A DNA stretch of 64,000 nt from a virus (Duplodnaviria; Caudoviricetes): IMG/VR virus record IMGVR_UViG_3300031994_000020; one strand, given 5' to 3'. Each line of letters opens with the position of its first letter. Position 1 is the first letter of the stretch. Below the pieces are notes generated by a model. That model saw only the letters and a program-made list of their open reading frames with translations, was not told where the DNA came from and did no database searches. Made by a program: the position numbers and the translations under genes. Shown here piece by piece: positions 30,342 to 44,900 of this stretch.

Positions 30342-31559
30342 ATGAAGTTTGGTGTTAGAGAAATCGTTGACGTTGTCTTCAAGGCAGCGGATAATATGAG
30401 AATCGGAAACAAAACTTTCAAAAAGTATCAACCTGTATTTATGATTGATACAGCTACAACTTCCTCACTTGAACAAGCAACAACTACCGTATATGCACAA
30501 GGTGGTAAAGGTTATAGCCGTTTAATCGCTTGGGAAGGTGAGAAAACAATGACCTTCACTGTTACTGATGCTCTTATGTCTCCTATGGGACTTGCAGTTT
30601 TAACAGGCGCTGGTCTTATTAATCCTGACAAGACAAATCAGGCTCATGTACATACAACATTAAATGTAGTTACTAATGCAAGTGGTGAAGCTACTGTTTC
30701 TGTAGATGATCTTAATGAAGAATATGGATTAAATGCAGAAGATTATGTAATCTGCAATGCAATAGAAAAGTATGCTACAGAACTTGATGGATCTGGTGCT
30801 GGTATTGAATGGTTTGATAAAGTTTCTATAAAGGATGCTACTGGGGATTATGTTCACATTAGTAAAGCACAGGGTGAAACTCCTAATGCTACATTTGTTA
30901 TTAATGGAGCTGCAAATACCACTGTTCAGCTTGACTTCTATGTAATTATGAATAATAGTGTAACAGAAGTTCAGATTGAGCCAGGTAGCTTTGGTGGATA
31001 TTTCTATGTAGAAGCTCAGACATTATTCAGACGTGAAGATACCGGTAAGGATATGGCTGCAGAACTTATTATTCCTAAAGCTAAGGTACAGTCAGCGTTT
31101 ACATTTACAATGGCTGCATCTGGAGATCCTTCTACATTTGATTTCGTTATGGATGCTATGCCTGGTTACACAAGATTTGATTCTACTAAGAAACAAATGT
31201 GTGTAATTCAGATCGTAGGTGATGACAAGAAAGCTGTTAATGATGTTGGTGCTCATACACATGAGACTCAAACAGAAATAGATTCACCTTCTTGGGAGGA
31301 ATCTCCTGAACCTACAACTTATACAGTTACACAGAACCTTACAAATGTAACAAGTTCTTTCTCAGGCAATTCAGTTAATGCAGGTGCTGCCTTTACTGCA
31401 ACACTTACTGCTGAGACAGGATATACAATGGATGCAGTTACAGTAACAATGGGCGGAACTGATATATCAAGCACCGCTTGGGACGAAACTGCAAGTAAAG
31501 TTACTATCGCAGAAGCAACAGGTAATATAGTTATTACCGCAGCTGCTACTGAGGAATAA
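30342..31559 (+). CDS. major tail tube protein with C-terminal Ig-like domain
   Basis: position, codon bias, C-terminal YTVT...GY....VTVTMGG.D.....GNIVITA; no TAG. Confidence 0.75.
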   Translation: MKFGVREIVDVVFKAADNMRIGNKTFKKYQPVFMIDTATTSSLEQATTTVYAQGGKGYSRLIAWEGEKTMTFTVTDALMSPMGLAVLTGAGLINPDKTNQAHVHTTLNVVTNASGEATVSVDDLNEEYGLNAEDYVICNAIEKYATELDGSGAGIEWFDKVSIKDATGDYVHISKAQGETPNATFVINGAANTTVQLDFYVIMNNSVTEVQIEPGSFGGYFYVEAQTLFRREDTGKDMAAELIIPKAKVQSAFTFTMAASGDPSTFDFVMDAMPGYTRFDSTKKQMCVIQIVGDDKKAVNDVGAHTHETQTEIDSPSWEESPEPTTYTVTQNLTNVTSSFSGNSVNAGAAFTATLTAETGYTMDAVTVTMGGTDISSTAWDETASKVTIAEATGNIVITAAATEE

Positions 31560-31573
31560 TTATAAAAAATATG

Positions 31574-31604
31574 ATGCGGGAGGCGGAAGTCTCCCGCATT
31601 TTTT
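31574..31604 (+). terminator. intrinsic terminator
   Basis: ATGCGGGAG/CTCCCGCAT + T6. Confidence 0.8.
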
Positions 31605-31629
31605 GTTTATATGAAAAGAGGTGAGATTC

Positions 31630-32784
31630 ATGGACCTTGTTATTGATATATATTCAATAGATGCAAATTCAATAAATATAAATGATGTAACTTTAAAAGA
31701 ATTAATGAATAGATTAGAAAATAATATAGCAGAAGAATCAATTCCTTTTTTAAAAATGGATTGGCAATATTTAAGAATTGCCGCTGCTAATTTTTTAGGA
31801 GGAGAAAGAAGATTAGATAATTTAAATAAAGTAAATGATTTTTCTAAATTAAAAAGAATGTTATATAATACTGATCCAGAAAAAGGAACTGTTTTTTCTA
31901 AATATGCTAATATAAGGCAAAAAACTGATGAGCAAATAATTTTACAATCAAAATATTTATTAGCGAGAGAATTTGAAAAATATTTAGATTCATATAGAGG
32001 CAAACAGAAGGCTCGAAAAATGGTATTAGTACATGAAGATAATGAAAATAAACAAATAAGAAGTTATCAAATTGATTTTCCAGATATAGTATTATATGCT
32101 GATAAATCAGGGAATATTAGTACAGCTGGATTATTAGCTAAATTAGAATCTGAAAAAGATAGCTATATTTTAGAATCTAATACAGAAAATAAAAAGCAAG
32201 AAGATCTTGTTGCTGCAGGTAATGATGCTTATTTTGAAGTTAAAGATAGATTACATAATTTTTATAAAAAATATGGTAAACAAGCAGGTATTCCAGAAGG
32301 TATAGGTATTTTAATGTAGAAAATAGGAAAAAATTAGCACACAGCAAGAGTATTAAATAAAGGAGATCAAAAAGAAGCTTATGTTGCATTTATAATGTCT
32401 AATGAAGATCCTTATAAAATTCCTATTCGTACTAGAAATAGTAATATGCATAAATTTATTCAATATTATTATAATAATTATTTATCTAAAATTACTAATT
32501 TAGCTGCAATAATTGAAGAAGATGTTGTTACTAAAGATAAAGAGCTAGGCGTTAAAGGAGCGGGGGCAAATTTGCCGAGCTTAATTCAATATGAAAAAGT
32601 GGCTGCTTAGATTTTATCTCAAGAGCAACCATTATCTAGAGAAGAATTAGAATTCGCTTTAAGAAATGATAAAACTTTAGGTAAGGATGTAGAAAGAAAT
32701 ATAGAATTTGATATAAAAGGAACAAGTTTAAAAATAGTAGCTCAAGAATTATTTAAAGAATTAAAAGCAAGAAAAAAAATTTGA
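31630..32784 (+). CDS. hypothetical protein (3 TAG)
   Basis: joins track ORFs 31621 and 32395; TGA at 32782. Confidence 0.7.
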
Positions 32785-32809
32785 CATATTAAAAAAAATA
32801 TGTTATAAT
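32781..32809 (+). promoter_or_regulatory. sigma-A promoter
   Basis: TTGACA-N17-TATAAT with extended TG. Confidence 0.75.
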
Positions 32810-32840
32810 ATAAAAAAGGAAATAAAAGGAGGATATTGCT

Positions 32841-33365
32841 ATGCAATATAAAGATTTGGGTTTAAAAATAAATAATGATATAATATCTTTTAAATTTGGA
32901 GATAAAGAAATTAAAGTAAAGAAATATCTCCCTGTAGAAGATAAATATGATATTGCCATGATTACGCTTCAGAAATCTGCGGAAAATGGTATATTTAACC
33001 CTATTAAACTTGATATATTTTATCATCTTAATTTAATTTATGCTTATACTGATCTTGAGTTTTCTGCGGAAGATAGAGAGGATGAATTAAAACTTTTTGA
33101 TGAGTTAGAAAGTTCCGGTTTTATGGATGAATTTTTAAAAGTTATTGATGAAAATGAATATAAGAGTATTCTCGAAAATATAGGGGACCTTGAATGGTCT
33201 TTAACCGATTATAATAAATCAGCGGCTTCAGTCTTTAAGAGCTTTATTGAAGATCTTCCTGCAAATGCGGAGGCCGCGCAGGCAATAGTTGATAATTTCA
33301 ATCCTGAAAAGTATCAAGCTGTTGTTGATTTTGCAAAAGCAGCCAACGGAAATCGTCCTATTTGA
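32841..33365 (+). CDS. putative tail assembly chaperone
   Basis: directly upstream of the tape measure gene. Confidence 0.55.
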   Translation: MQYKDLGLKINNDIISFKFGDKEIKVKKYLPVEDKYDIAMITLQKSAENGIFNPIKLDIFYHLNLIYAYTDLEFSAEDREDELKLFDELESSGFMDEFLKVIDENEYKSILENIGDLEWSLTDYNKSAASVFKSFIEDLPANAEAAQAIVDNFNPEKYQAVVDFAKAANGNRPI

Positions 33366-33462
33366 TAAGGTCAAAATGAATTAATAGATAAACCCTCGTT
33401 ATTATATAATATAACGAGGGTTTATTTTTGTTTTGAAGAAAACAATAGGAGGTATAAGGATT

Positions 33463-36400
33463 ATGGCAGGAAAAAATCGTATAGATTTTCAACTTGGTTT
33501 TACAGTTGACAAATCTGGATTAGAGCAGATGCAATCTCTTTTCCAACAAATTGCCAATAAAGCAAAAGAGCCTGGTAATCAATTAAATACAGGTTTACAA
33601 CAGGCAGCTAAAACTGCTACTACCCTTGATGGAATATTAGAAAAGACTTTTAATACCGAACTTGGTAGTTTAAATGTAACAAAATTTAATCAAGAAATGT
33701 CTAAAGCTGGTTTGACATTAAAAGGAGTTAAATCAGACCTTTCTAATGCGGGAAATCAAGGAGCTACCGCATTTAATAGATTATCTCAAGCTATATTGGG
33801 AACAAATTTACAATTAAAGCAATCTAATCAAACATTAGATAAAATGTTCGTTACATTAAAGAATACTATTAGATATGGTATATCAAGTAGTTTATTTAAT
33901 AATGTAGTAGGGGCAATAGAGAAAGCATATAGTTATAGTAGAGATTTAAATACATCATTAAATGATATTAGAATAGTAACAGATAAATCTGCGGAAAGCA
34001 TGGCTAAGTTTGCGGAGGAGGCGAATAGTGCCGCTAAGGGTCTCGGTGCAAGTACTTTAGACTATACTAATGCTTCTTTGATTTACTATCAACAGGGTCT
34101 TGCTGATGCGGAGGTTCAAGCAAGAACTGAAACAACATTAAAGGCAGCAAACATTACAAGTCAGTCTGCAGCTGAGGTATCTGAACAGCTCACCGCTGTG
34201 TAGAATGGTTATAAAGTAAGTGCGGAAGAGACTGAGCTTTATGTTGATAAACTTGCGGCTGTGGCAGCAACAACCGCCGCAGATTTGGAAGAATTATCAA
34301 CTGGTATGTCAAAGGTAGCATCTGCCGCGAACGCAATGGGTGTTGATTTTGATGACTTAAATGCTCAGATTGCTACTATTGTTTCTGTAACTAAACAGGC
34401 TCCTGAATCAGTTGGTACTGCATTAAAGACTATCTATGCTCGTTTAGGCGATTTAAAAGTTGATGGTATAGATGAGTTTGGCGTAAAACTTGGTGAAGTA
34501 TCTAGTCAGTTACAGACTATGGGCATTCAAATACTTGATCAAAATGGAAATATGAGAGATATGACCTCTATTATGACAGAGGTTGCAGATAAATGGAATA
34601 CATGGACTGAAGCTCAAAGACAAGCTGCAGCAGTTGCTATGGCTGGTAAGAGACAGTATAATAACTTAGTTGCTTTATTTGATAACTGGGATATGTATTC
34701 AGATGCTTTAGAAACTTCAGCAGATGCTATGGGAACATTACAGCATCAACAAGATATTTATATGGAGTCTACTGAAGCTAAATTACAGAAATTAAAGACT
34801 ACATGGCAAGAGTTATATGGTGATTTAATAGATACTGATGAACTTAATGGCGGAATTGAAGCTATTACTAATTTAGTAAAAGTACTTGATAATTTTGTTG
34901 CTTCTTTTGGTGGTGGTCTTAAGAGTATCGCTGGATTTGGTGCTATTCTTGCTAATATATTTAATAAGCAAATTTCTGAATCTATTATACAAGCTAATCA
35001 AAGAGCAGAAGTATTTAAGCAGAATTTAAATGCTCTACAAGCAAAAAAAGATATGATTGATCTTGGGAAAATGGATTCTTCTGGAAGCACTATGAGAGAT
35101 CAAGCATCTGCTGAAAATACTAAGATTCAATTAGAATATGCAAAGCAAATATATGATGTTCGTGTAGGATTAAATTCTGAAGAATATAATAATTTAACTT
35201 TAATGCAACAAGAACTTGGTCAATTAGTTGAACAAGTAAGATATTCTGAATTAGCTACTGCAAATAAAGAGAAGTCTATTTTAGGAGAAGAAAAAACTCT
35301 TAGCTTATTGACTGAAGAACAAAATATAGTTCAAAATCTTTTAGATGAAACAGCAGAACAATATAATATTCAATTAAAACAAGTATCCAAACAAGAAGAA
35401 TTAGTAAATAAGTTAGATGAACAAGTTCAAAGATCAATTGATTTAAAAGAGAATACGCAAGCATAGGGCGGATATAAAACTCAAATTTTAAAGATAGCAG
35501 AGCAAATTGGTGATGAAGAATAGAAGGCTGTTTCTAATATATTAAATGGTGTTAAAGCTGGTCAAATAAATAAAGATATAAAAGAGAAAATTTTAACTGC
35601 TTGTAGTAAACAATATGAAAAAGAATCTGAAATTCTTACTAAAATAGAAGCTGAAATGGAGGCTGAACAAAGAGTTTTAGATGTAAGAGAACAAAATGCT
35701 CAATTAAAAGATAAAGAGATTAATTTACAACAAGAATTAAATAATAAAATAGAACAAGCTGGAAAAAATGAGAAAATTACGCAAGTAATAGTTGGTATTA
35801 CCTCTGCTCTTGGTAATATGGCAATGGCTTGGAGTTCTATTAATTCTTTAATAGCTACATAGGAAGATGAATCGGCTTCTTTTGGTGATAAGTTAACTCA
35901 AAGTTTAATGACTTTAGGTTTTACATTACCTATGATAATATCTTCTTTTTCTAAATTAAGAGAAACTATGAAATTAAATTCTGTTTTTGAAGTTTTAAAG
36001 ACAAAAATAGAAGGTGTAATTTTAGCAAAAGAAGCTTCAGCTTTAGCAGAGAAGAAAGAAACTTTAGAAATAGAGAAAAATACTGCATAGCAAGCATATA
36101 ATGAAGCAGCGGAACAAGGTCGCGCAGACGCTGCAATTTTAGAAGAAGCAGCTATTGAAAAAACAACAGCTGCAAATGCTGCTAATACAGCATCTTTAGA
36201 AGCAGATGCTGCTGTAAAAGAGAAAAATATTGCTATAACTAAACTTTAGAATAATACTTTATTAGCAAGTCCATTATTTTAGTTTGTAGGCATTGTGGGT
36301 GGAATTATAACAGCTCTTGTTGCGTATAATGAGCATTTAAAAAAAGTAAGAGAAGAACAAATTAAAAATAATCAAGAAGAAATTGATGTTATTAAAAGTA

Positions 36401-39400
36401 AACAAGAAGAAATTAAAGTTAATAATGAATTAGTTGATTCTTATATGAAATTATATAAAACTTATGAAGAAACAGGAAATAATAAAGAAGAATTATATAA
36501 TAAAAGTTTAGAATTAATTGATTTATATAACATTGAAAATGGTAGAATTTTAGCTTTAAGTGGAAATTATAAAGAATTAGCTCAAAGAATAAGAGAAGCT
36601 AGTAAAGAAAGTTTAGAATCAGATATAAATAGTGCAAAAGTAGCAGCAGGAGATATTGCTGAAAATATTGTTCTAAAAGATGTTAATAATAAAAGTACTC
36701 CAGGACATGAAGTAGAAAATGATTTAGTAATGGGATATACTGGAGATTTTGATAATATATATAGAGAAAGCGCTGAAAAAATATTTAAAGATAATGCTCA
36801 TGCAATTTTTTCTGATGGTGGAGCTTCTTTACAGTTATCTTATAATAAAGATGATTTTAAAGATATATATACTTATACTCAAGATATTACTAATGCAATA
36901 GAATATTTAGAAGCTAGATATACTAAAGCAGAATTATCTGGAAGTTCATTTTATAAGACTTTAAAAGAACAACAAAAAAGTTTTTCAGAAGATATTGATG
37001 AATTAGAAAATCAAGTAGATCTTATTTATTCTAAATCTGTAGATAAGGCTTTTTCTGGTATAGATTTTAATGAATTAAAAAATAATTCAAAGGACACTTT
37101 TGTTGATTTTGAAAAATTATATGATAAAGTTAAAGAAATTAGAAATGAATTAAGTGGAGAAATACCTGAAGATAGTATTGATAAATATATTAATAAAGTA
37201 TTATCAAGCTATGAACAAATACCTGCTGATTTTACTTCAAAGTTAGATATTATAAATAAATTTTTAGAGTCAAATCCTTTAGATGTAGAAATTGAAATAA
37301 ATGAAAAAGAGTTAGTTAAAGAAATAGATAAATTAAATGATAAACAATTAGCATATTTAGCTGTTCATTTAGATTCTGCTATTTTAGATGGCGATTTAAA
37401 AAAATAGGTAAAAGATAATGAACCTATTTTAACTTTTTATGAAAAAGCAGAAACTTCTAATAATATGCGAGATTTATTATCTGGTTATAAGGATAAAGAA
37501 GGTTTTGATACTGAAAAGAAAGATATCTTTTTTGGTAATGAAGAAAATGTTCAAAATTTAGGTGTTTCACAAGAGCAGTTTGATATTTTAGATCAAGGTC
37601 AACAATTACAAGTATTGACAGAAAAATAGATTGAAAATACAAGAGCAACCGAAGATGCTAGAAAAGAAGCTGTAGATTCTACAGAAAAAAGAATAGAAGC
37701 TCTCCAAGATGAAGGCGGCGCTTACTATGAAGCGAGTAAAGCGCTTCAAGATTAGAAACAAAATTATGACGTTTCAGATACAATAGAAGAACAAATTGAA
37801 AAATCTGAAGAATTAAAAGGAAAATCTGAAGAATTAAAAGATGCTCTTATAGCATATTCTCAAGGTGTCGCAACTGAAACACAAAAGGGTTTAGTTGATA
37901 GTTATAGAGAGTTAATAAGTGCTAATGGAGAATTAACAAAAGCTAATGATGAATTAGCTAAATCATATGGAAGAAATCTCTCTTATGGTAAAGAATTAGA
38001 AGATAGTTTTGATGAAGCAAATAAAGAATTAAATACTCAAGAATCTTTATTAGAAGAGGCAAAAAGTAGTGCTTTAAGTTATAAAGAGTCTATTGAATTA
38101 TTAAGTAAAGCTACTGCAAATCATAATGCTATTTTAGATGAAGTACAATCTAAATACAAAACTTTAATAGGTATTGTTGATGATTATAATGAAACTGGGA
38201 AATAGACATTAGATAACGTTCAAGCCTTAATGGAAATGAGCGATCAGTATGTTGCTCAATTAGAATTTGAAGGTAATACTTTATCTTTAAATGAAGAAGG
38301 TTTTAAAGCATTAACATTAGCTAAAATTGATGATTTAGTGGCAACTGAAAATTCAGCTTATGAACAAAAAGTTTTGGAATTAGCTCAAATTGCAGAATCT
38401 AATTCTACCGATGCAGCAGCACAAAAAACAGCTTTATTTACTCAGATGCTTCAAACATTGGGTCTTGTTTCTAGAGAAACTGCTAATGATATAATAAATT
38501 TAGATGCAGCAATAAAATTAATTGGAAAAGAAGGTTCTGATGAAACTAAAGCGGCATTAGATCAAGCTACTAAAGCACATGAAAATAGATTAAAAGCATT
38601 AGAGGATTTACGAAATCAAATTAACTCAAGTTCTGGCTCTGGCGGTTTACGTAAAGTAATGGGGGCAGGAGAAAAGAAATCTGGTTCTAGTAGTGGAAAA
38701 GATAAGCAGCAAGATCAAAAAGAATAGGATGATGAATTTGACCGTTATTGGCAGATTAAGAAAGCCATTGATATGGTTGATAAAGCCATCTCCCGCCTTG
38801 ATAAAGATCAAGAAAACCTCCATGGTAAAGAGCTTATTGCATCATTAAAACAAGAAAATCAACTCCTTCAAGAGCAAGCTAAAAATTATGAGACATTGTA
38901 CGAAATGCAGAAACAGGAAGCGGAAGAGCTTCGCGCACAGCTCAGTACAATGGGACTTGCCTTTGACGCAAATGGCGCTATAACAAACTATGCGGCAGCC
39001 ACTAGTGCAGCACTCGCGCAATATGCACAGGCAGTAGAGCAATATAATGCAGGACTCATAGATGAGACCACTTTTAAAGTTTTTGAAAAATCTTATGAAA
39101 ACTTTAAGAAGTTGTTAGAAAGATATGATGCATTATATTATACTGAGATGCAGGATACTCAAGATAAACTTGATGAAATGCGTCGTAAACAGTTAGAAAA
39201 TAACCTTAAAGCATGGGAAGTTGAGATTCAGTTAAGGTTAGACACTACCAAGGCCCAGCGCGAATAGAATGATTTCTTAAAAGATATTAAACAAGATTTT
39301 AGAAAAGTATAGACTGATCTTACTATTGATTCTTCTTTTGATAGAGATAACTTTAAAGAGTATATGAAAGATGTTGACACCACATTAAAAGCAATTAAGG

Positions 39401-41826
39401 ATGTAGAAGCTGAAATTGATAAAATGATGAATGGTGGAGAGTCTGATATGTTTGAAAGTGTATCTCAGGCTCAAGAGAAACTGAAAGAATTACAAGAGCA
39501 GTTATTAGAGCAAGGTAAAGCATTATATGAATTATATAAAGCCTTATAGCAAAATTATATTGATGGAATGGATCAAGTTAAAGATAAGTTTGATGAACTT
39601 ATGAAGAGATATAAGCATCTTGATAATGAACTTAAATTCCAGAAAGAACTTGTTGAATTAATATATGGTGATAAGGCATATGATTTAATGGATAAATATT
39701 ATGAGACTCAAGAACATAATATAGAAGCTCAAATTGATTCTTTAAGACAGCAATCTGATTTTTGGCAAGAGCAATTTAATGAATCATATGAATTGGCTAA
39801 GAGAACCGGTGCAGACGTTAATCTTGATGATTGGACTACATGGACTGAAGATATGAAGAAAGCCTATGATAATATGATTCAATCTCAAGAAGATTTAAAT
39901 GATTTAGTTCTTGAGGGTGTTAAGATACTTCAGGATAAATACCTTAATTCCATTAATAAAATAATGGATGCTATGGATGAAGGTGTTTGGGGCAAGGGCG
40001 GATTTGATGAAATGAAATCTAATTAGGATTTCATGCAAAAGAAAGCTGATGAATTTCTTGATGATGTTCAAGGTATGTATAAGATTCAATCTTTTGCTAG
40101 TAAAATAGATGCCGATATTGCTAAAACTGCAAATGTTAAAAATCAACAGAAATTATTGAATTTTAGAGAGCAAGAAATAGACGCCTTAAGAGAGAAAGAA
40201 AATTTAACGCAGGCTGATTTAGATCTTGCGGAAGCCCGCTATCAAATAGCATTAAAAGAAATTGCCCTTGAAGAAGCTCAGAATAATAAAACGTCAATGA
40301 AGTTGACAAGAAATGAACAGGGTAATTAGTCTTATCAATATGTCGCTGATGAAGATGATGTAGCTGCAAAAGAACAAGATTTAGTAGACTCTTATGGTAA
40401 TTTATATGAGTTAGCTAATAACTCCTATGAACATAGTATGGAATTAGTTATGGAACTCTAGGAAGAAATGCAAGAAAAAATGGCAGAAGTAGCTAATGAT
40501 ACTACATTATCAGAAGAAGCAAAGAATCAAAAATTACTTGAAATACAAGAACAATATAGACCTTTAATGGAGGCTGCTGCAACGAATGCAGAAATCTATA
40601 AACAAGAGGCTATTGTTGCTACAAGCGCAATTTTTGGTAAGAGTTGTGAATTAGACTTAAGTAATTATGAGCATTTAACATCTGAGCAAAAGAGACTTGT
40701 CGATGAATACAAAGAAGCTGCGGCAGGGGACTATGAGCAACTTCGTACAGGTATTATTGAAGGATATTATCCTGCTTTAGCGGAAGCTTCAGAAACTACT
40801 TTTAGCAATACTAATATAAATTCTCAAACAACTGCGGCAAATGTAATTAAAAGATAGGTTACTGATCCAGATAGCGTTCAAGCTGAAATAACTAAAGCTA
40901 TAAAAAATATTAGTAAAGCAACTGAAGATTATCAAAAACAACTTGATAAATTACAAGAAATAGCTGGTATAGATTTTAGTAAAATTGGTGACGCTATTGA
41001 TGCAGTTGATCAAAAAATCAATGACATGAATGATGATACTAAGAATCTTACTGATGATTCTAGTAATTATCTTGATGAATTGAGAAAATTACTTGAAGAA
41101 GTTGCAGAAGCATAGAAAGAAGTATCTGAGAAAATTCAAAATGCTAAGCGGGATATGGATGACTATGCGCAGGCAACGAGAGAAGCCAAAGCAGCTGAAC
41201 AGCAGTTAGGTAATCCTCCTTCTAGCCCTGGAGGCCCTACTTCTAATAATAACGGTAATGGTGACGATAAAGATAAGACTAAAAATGGTGAAGTGAGAAA
41301 GAATTGGAAAATTCAAGATAGAATGACAGGAACCATTTACGAAACAAAAACAAATGCAACTGAAGAAGAAGCAAATGATTGGTTTAGAGAGAGATCGAAA
41401 AATAGAGGAGATGGTAAGTAGCCTGAAATGGCGCAACCTTTCTTGTCTTCTTATCGCACTGGCGGTTATACAGGTGAGTAGGCTGATGATGGCGGACGTC
41501 TTGCAGTGCTTCATCAGAAAGAACTTGTTCTTAATGCTGATGATACAAAGAATTTCTTATCAGGTATTAATACTATAAGAGATTTAACTGCATTAAATGG
41601 TTCTATATCAAATGCTATTATAAGTGCAGTTGCGGGAATGGCTATGAACCTTGCGGGAGTCAATCCTGGAATTAGTGGTCAAGGATCTGGAACAGCAGCC
41701 GCCGCATCTAATACTTATAATATTACAGCAGAATTCCCTAACGCTTATAGTGCAGAAGAAATTAAACAAGCAATACTTGGTTTACCTAATTACGCATCAC
41801 AATATGTTAATAGAAATGTAATTTAA
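33463..41826 (+). CDS. tape measure protein, ~2787 aa (about 22 TAG)
   Basis: 13 track ORFs in one frame separated by TAG; TMP motifs (G.ALKTIYAR, AGKRQYNN..AL..NW), C-terminal TGGYTGE[W]...LHQKELVLN. Confidence 0.9.
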
Positions 41827-41830
41827 AATG

Positions 41831-41863
41831 AAGGAGGAGCGAAAGCTCCTCCTTTCTTTTTTT
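41831..41863 (+). terminator. intrinsic terminator
   Basis: AAGGAGGAGC-GAAA-GCTCCTCCTT + T run. Confidence 0.8.
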
Positions 41864-41936
41864 GGTCTAAAAATTATAATAATATAAATATATTTTTTAA
41901 ATACTTTATAAAGATATAAAAGGAGGGAGGAATAAT

Positions 41937-44900
41937 ATGGGTTTTACACAAGAGTTACAAGAAAGTATTATGTCAGCAATTCAAAGTGCTTCTAAAAAAG
42001 AAGTAATGAATTCTAATGCTACCTGTACATTACAATGCGAAGTTGTCGAAGTAACAGATCCGGGTAAAAATGAGTATAAAGTAAAAATTCAGAATAATAT
42101 TATTACTGCTTATGGAACTCCATCTGTGACTTATAAGCCCGGAAATTTAGTCTAGGTATTATTCCCAAATGGTAATGATTAGTCAGATCAAGACGCCATT
42201 ATAGTAGGCGCAGTGACATATTCTACTGAATTATATACAGAGAATGGTAATGATAGTTATATTAATATAAGTGAAAATTTAATAAATGGTTTGAATGAAA
42301 TTGATTTATACACTTATAATTCAAGTGAACAATCAATAGAATTAACAAATGATAATTTTGGAAGTATATTTCTTGATTACTTAAAAGATTATCAAGTATG
42401 GAAATTATCTGCTAATATAAAAACAGATATTCAACCTATGGATCAACGTGCGGCAGGTGATTATGGTATTATTTTAAAATTGCCTATTTTAAAAGACAAT
42501 GGTAATAATAATTTAAGCCATGATTAGTTTGATATAAAAATAAATGTAGATAATATTCAAGGAGATCCTTATAATTTATCTTCATATACAAATCAAGAAA
42601 TTTATGTAGAGGTTCCCGCGGATTTAGTGTAGGATCCAACAGATGAAAATGGTAATAAGAGATATCCTATTTTTACTGCTTTTGTTACAGGGTTCGCTCA
42701 AAGCCCTCAAAGTGATAAAAAAGATATATTTTTAAAAGATTTTTCTTTTCAAGCGGTAGATGCTTATACAGAAAAAGTAAAATCTGGCTACTATCTTACT
42801 ATTGTTTCAGATACTGGAAGATATTATGTAGGCTCCGAAGAGACAAAAACTCTTAGACCTGTTTTAAAAGTTAATGGAAAAAATAAAAAATTAAATGATT
42901 ATGATTGCTATTGGTTTAGAGAAAATACTACGATTACTCCAGGAAATAGTAAATATTCTAGTTATGGAAAAAGTGGTTAGGAGTGTTTAAATGATTATAA
43001 CTCTCTTGGAGAGAATGAAGATGGAACAGAATCTATTCAGTAGGTAACTGATAATTATGAATATAGTGTACCACAAGATAGTATATACACTTCTATGAAA
43101 TTTAAATGCGTTTTAGTTGATAAAGAGGGCGCAGCAGTTGCAGAAGGATATATTGTTTTAACTAATAAATCAACAGATAGTGTTGAGTTTAATTTAAAAA
43201 CTACAACAGGTTTTACTTCTTATACTAAGAATGTAGGTAATGTATCTTTAGTAGCAAGTATTAAACCTAATAATATAATTGTTAATGATTTAATATCTAC
43301 TACATAGCAAAGATTTGATAAAAATGGTAATGCTATAGATACCGATTTTTATAATGTTGTAAGAAGTAATGATAAAAATGAAGATTAGATTGAATTTGAA
43401 ATAAATTTTCCTTGTTCTTTTATAAATGAATAGAATACTATAAAGTGTTCTTTTTAGAGAGAATTTACTAAAAGTACAGGAGAAGTTAAAAAAGAGCTTA
43501 TTGGAAGTTCAGAAATTCTTATTAATACTCAAGGTAATTACACTTACAGAGTGGTGATAGAAAATGGTAATTATTTATATAAGTATGATGGTAACGGTAA
43601 TTCTCCTTTTGTAGCAGATTATAGTGGCCCTGTCTCTTCTCGTGTTAAAACCATACCTACTTTAAGTTAGAAAATATATAAAGCGGATGGTACTGAATTA
43701 ACAGAAGATGAATATAAATATTGTAAATGCACATAGGTGGCTCCCGCAAATAGACAAGAGTAGAAAACTACTACCATGTTTGATTTTTATGATAATGATA
43801 AACAAAATGAAAGAGAAGGTTACTATCATATAAATAAAAATCAACTTGATTATAAAATTGCTAACCGTTATAATGATAAAACTTTTGTTAATGATATTAC
43901 TTTAGTTATTGAATATAATGGAGCTACAATAGAAGAAACTACTGATATAAGATTTCTAAAAGAAGGCGAGTCTGGTACTAATGGTTCTAAATATACAGGA
44001 CTTATATTATAGAATGGTTGTACTTATGGAGAATATGAAGGTTATCTCCATAAATTTCAATTAATTTATAATAATGGAGCAGATCCGGGTTAGTATTGGG
44101 TAAATAGAGCTAATGAAGAAGGATCCATTGAAAAATTTATAGAAACTGAATTTACTGTTCAGATTTATTGCAATGGAGAATCTATTAATGATGATGATAA
44201 TAATAATAGTCATATACAAAATATAACTTAGTCTCTTTTTAATGAGCGTCAAGCCAATCCTATGATTGAAATTGATAATAATGGTAAAGTAACTATTAAA
44301 GAAGGCACGACTTAGGATGGCATAAAAGACACAATAAATATTATTCAAGCGAAAGTTGAAGTAGGACCTTCCGCAGGAGGAATTTCAAATCCGCAAGAAG
44401 TACTTTACATTTATTATCCTATTGAAATAAGTTATATTACTAGCAAATTATATAATAAATCTATTCCAAACATAGGTGGAGGATTTGATAAAGTTTTATA
44501 TGCTTCTAATGATGGAACGAATCCTCAATATAACAATGTTGATTATTTTGAATATATTAATAATATAGATGATGAAGAATATAATTCTTATAATTCATAT
44601 ACTTAGGATGTAATAGGAAATTTAGAATTTAAAAACTTTTATCCAACCCCTACTGAAGATGATCCTAAAAAAGTAGATGAGTCAAGAATAAAAGTTGATG
44701 CTTTGACTACAAAAGAGTCTGCTTTTGATTTTAATTATGTGAAAGTAACAATGACTAATAAGCAAACAATTGAAAATATAAGAACTAAAATAGATAATAC
44801 TCAAGGACAAATTAATGATAATAAAGATATAGAAACAAAAATTTCTACTATTGAAACTAATATTATAAATTTAAAAAATTATTGGTTAAATATTAAAGAT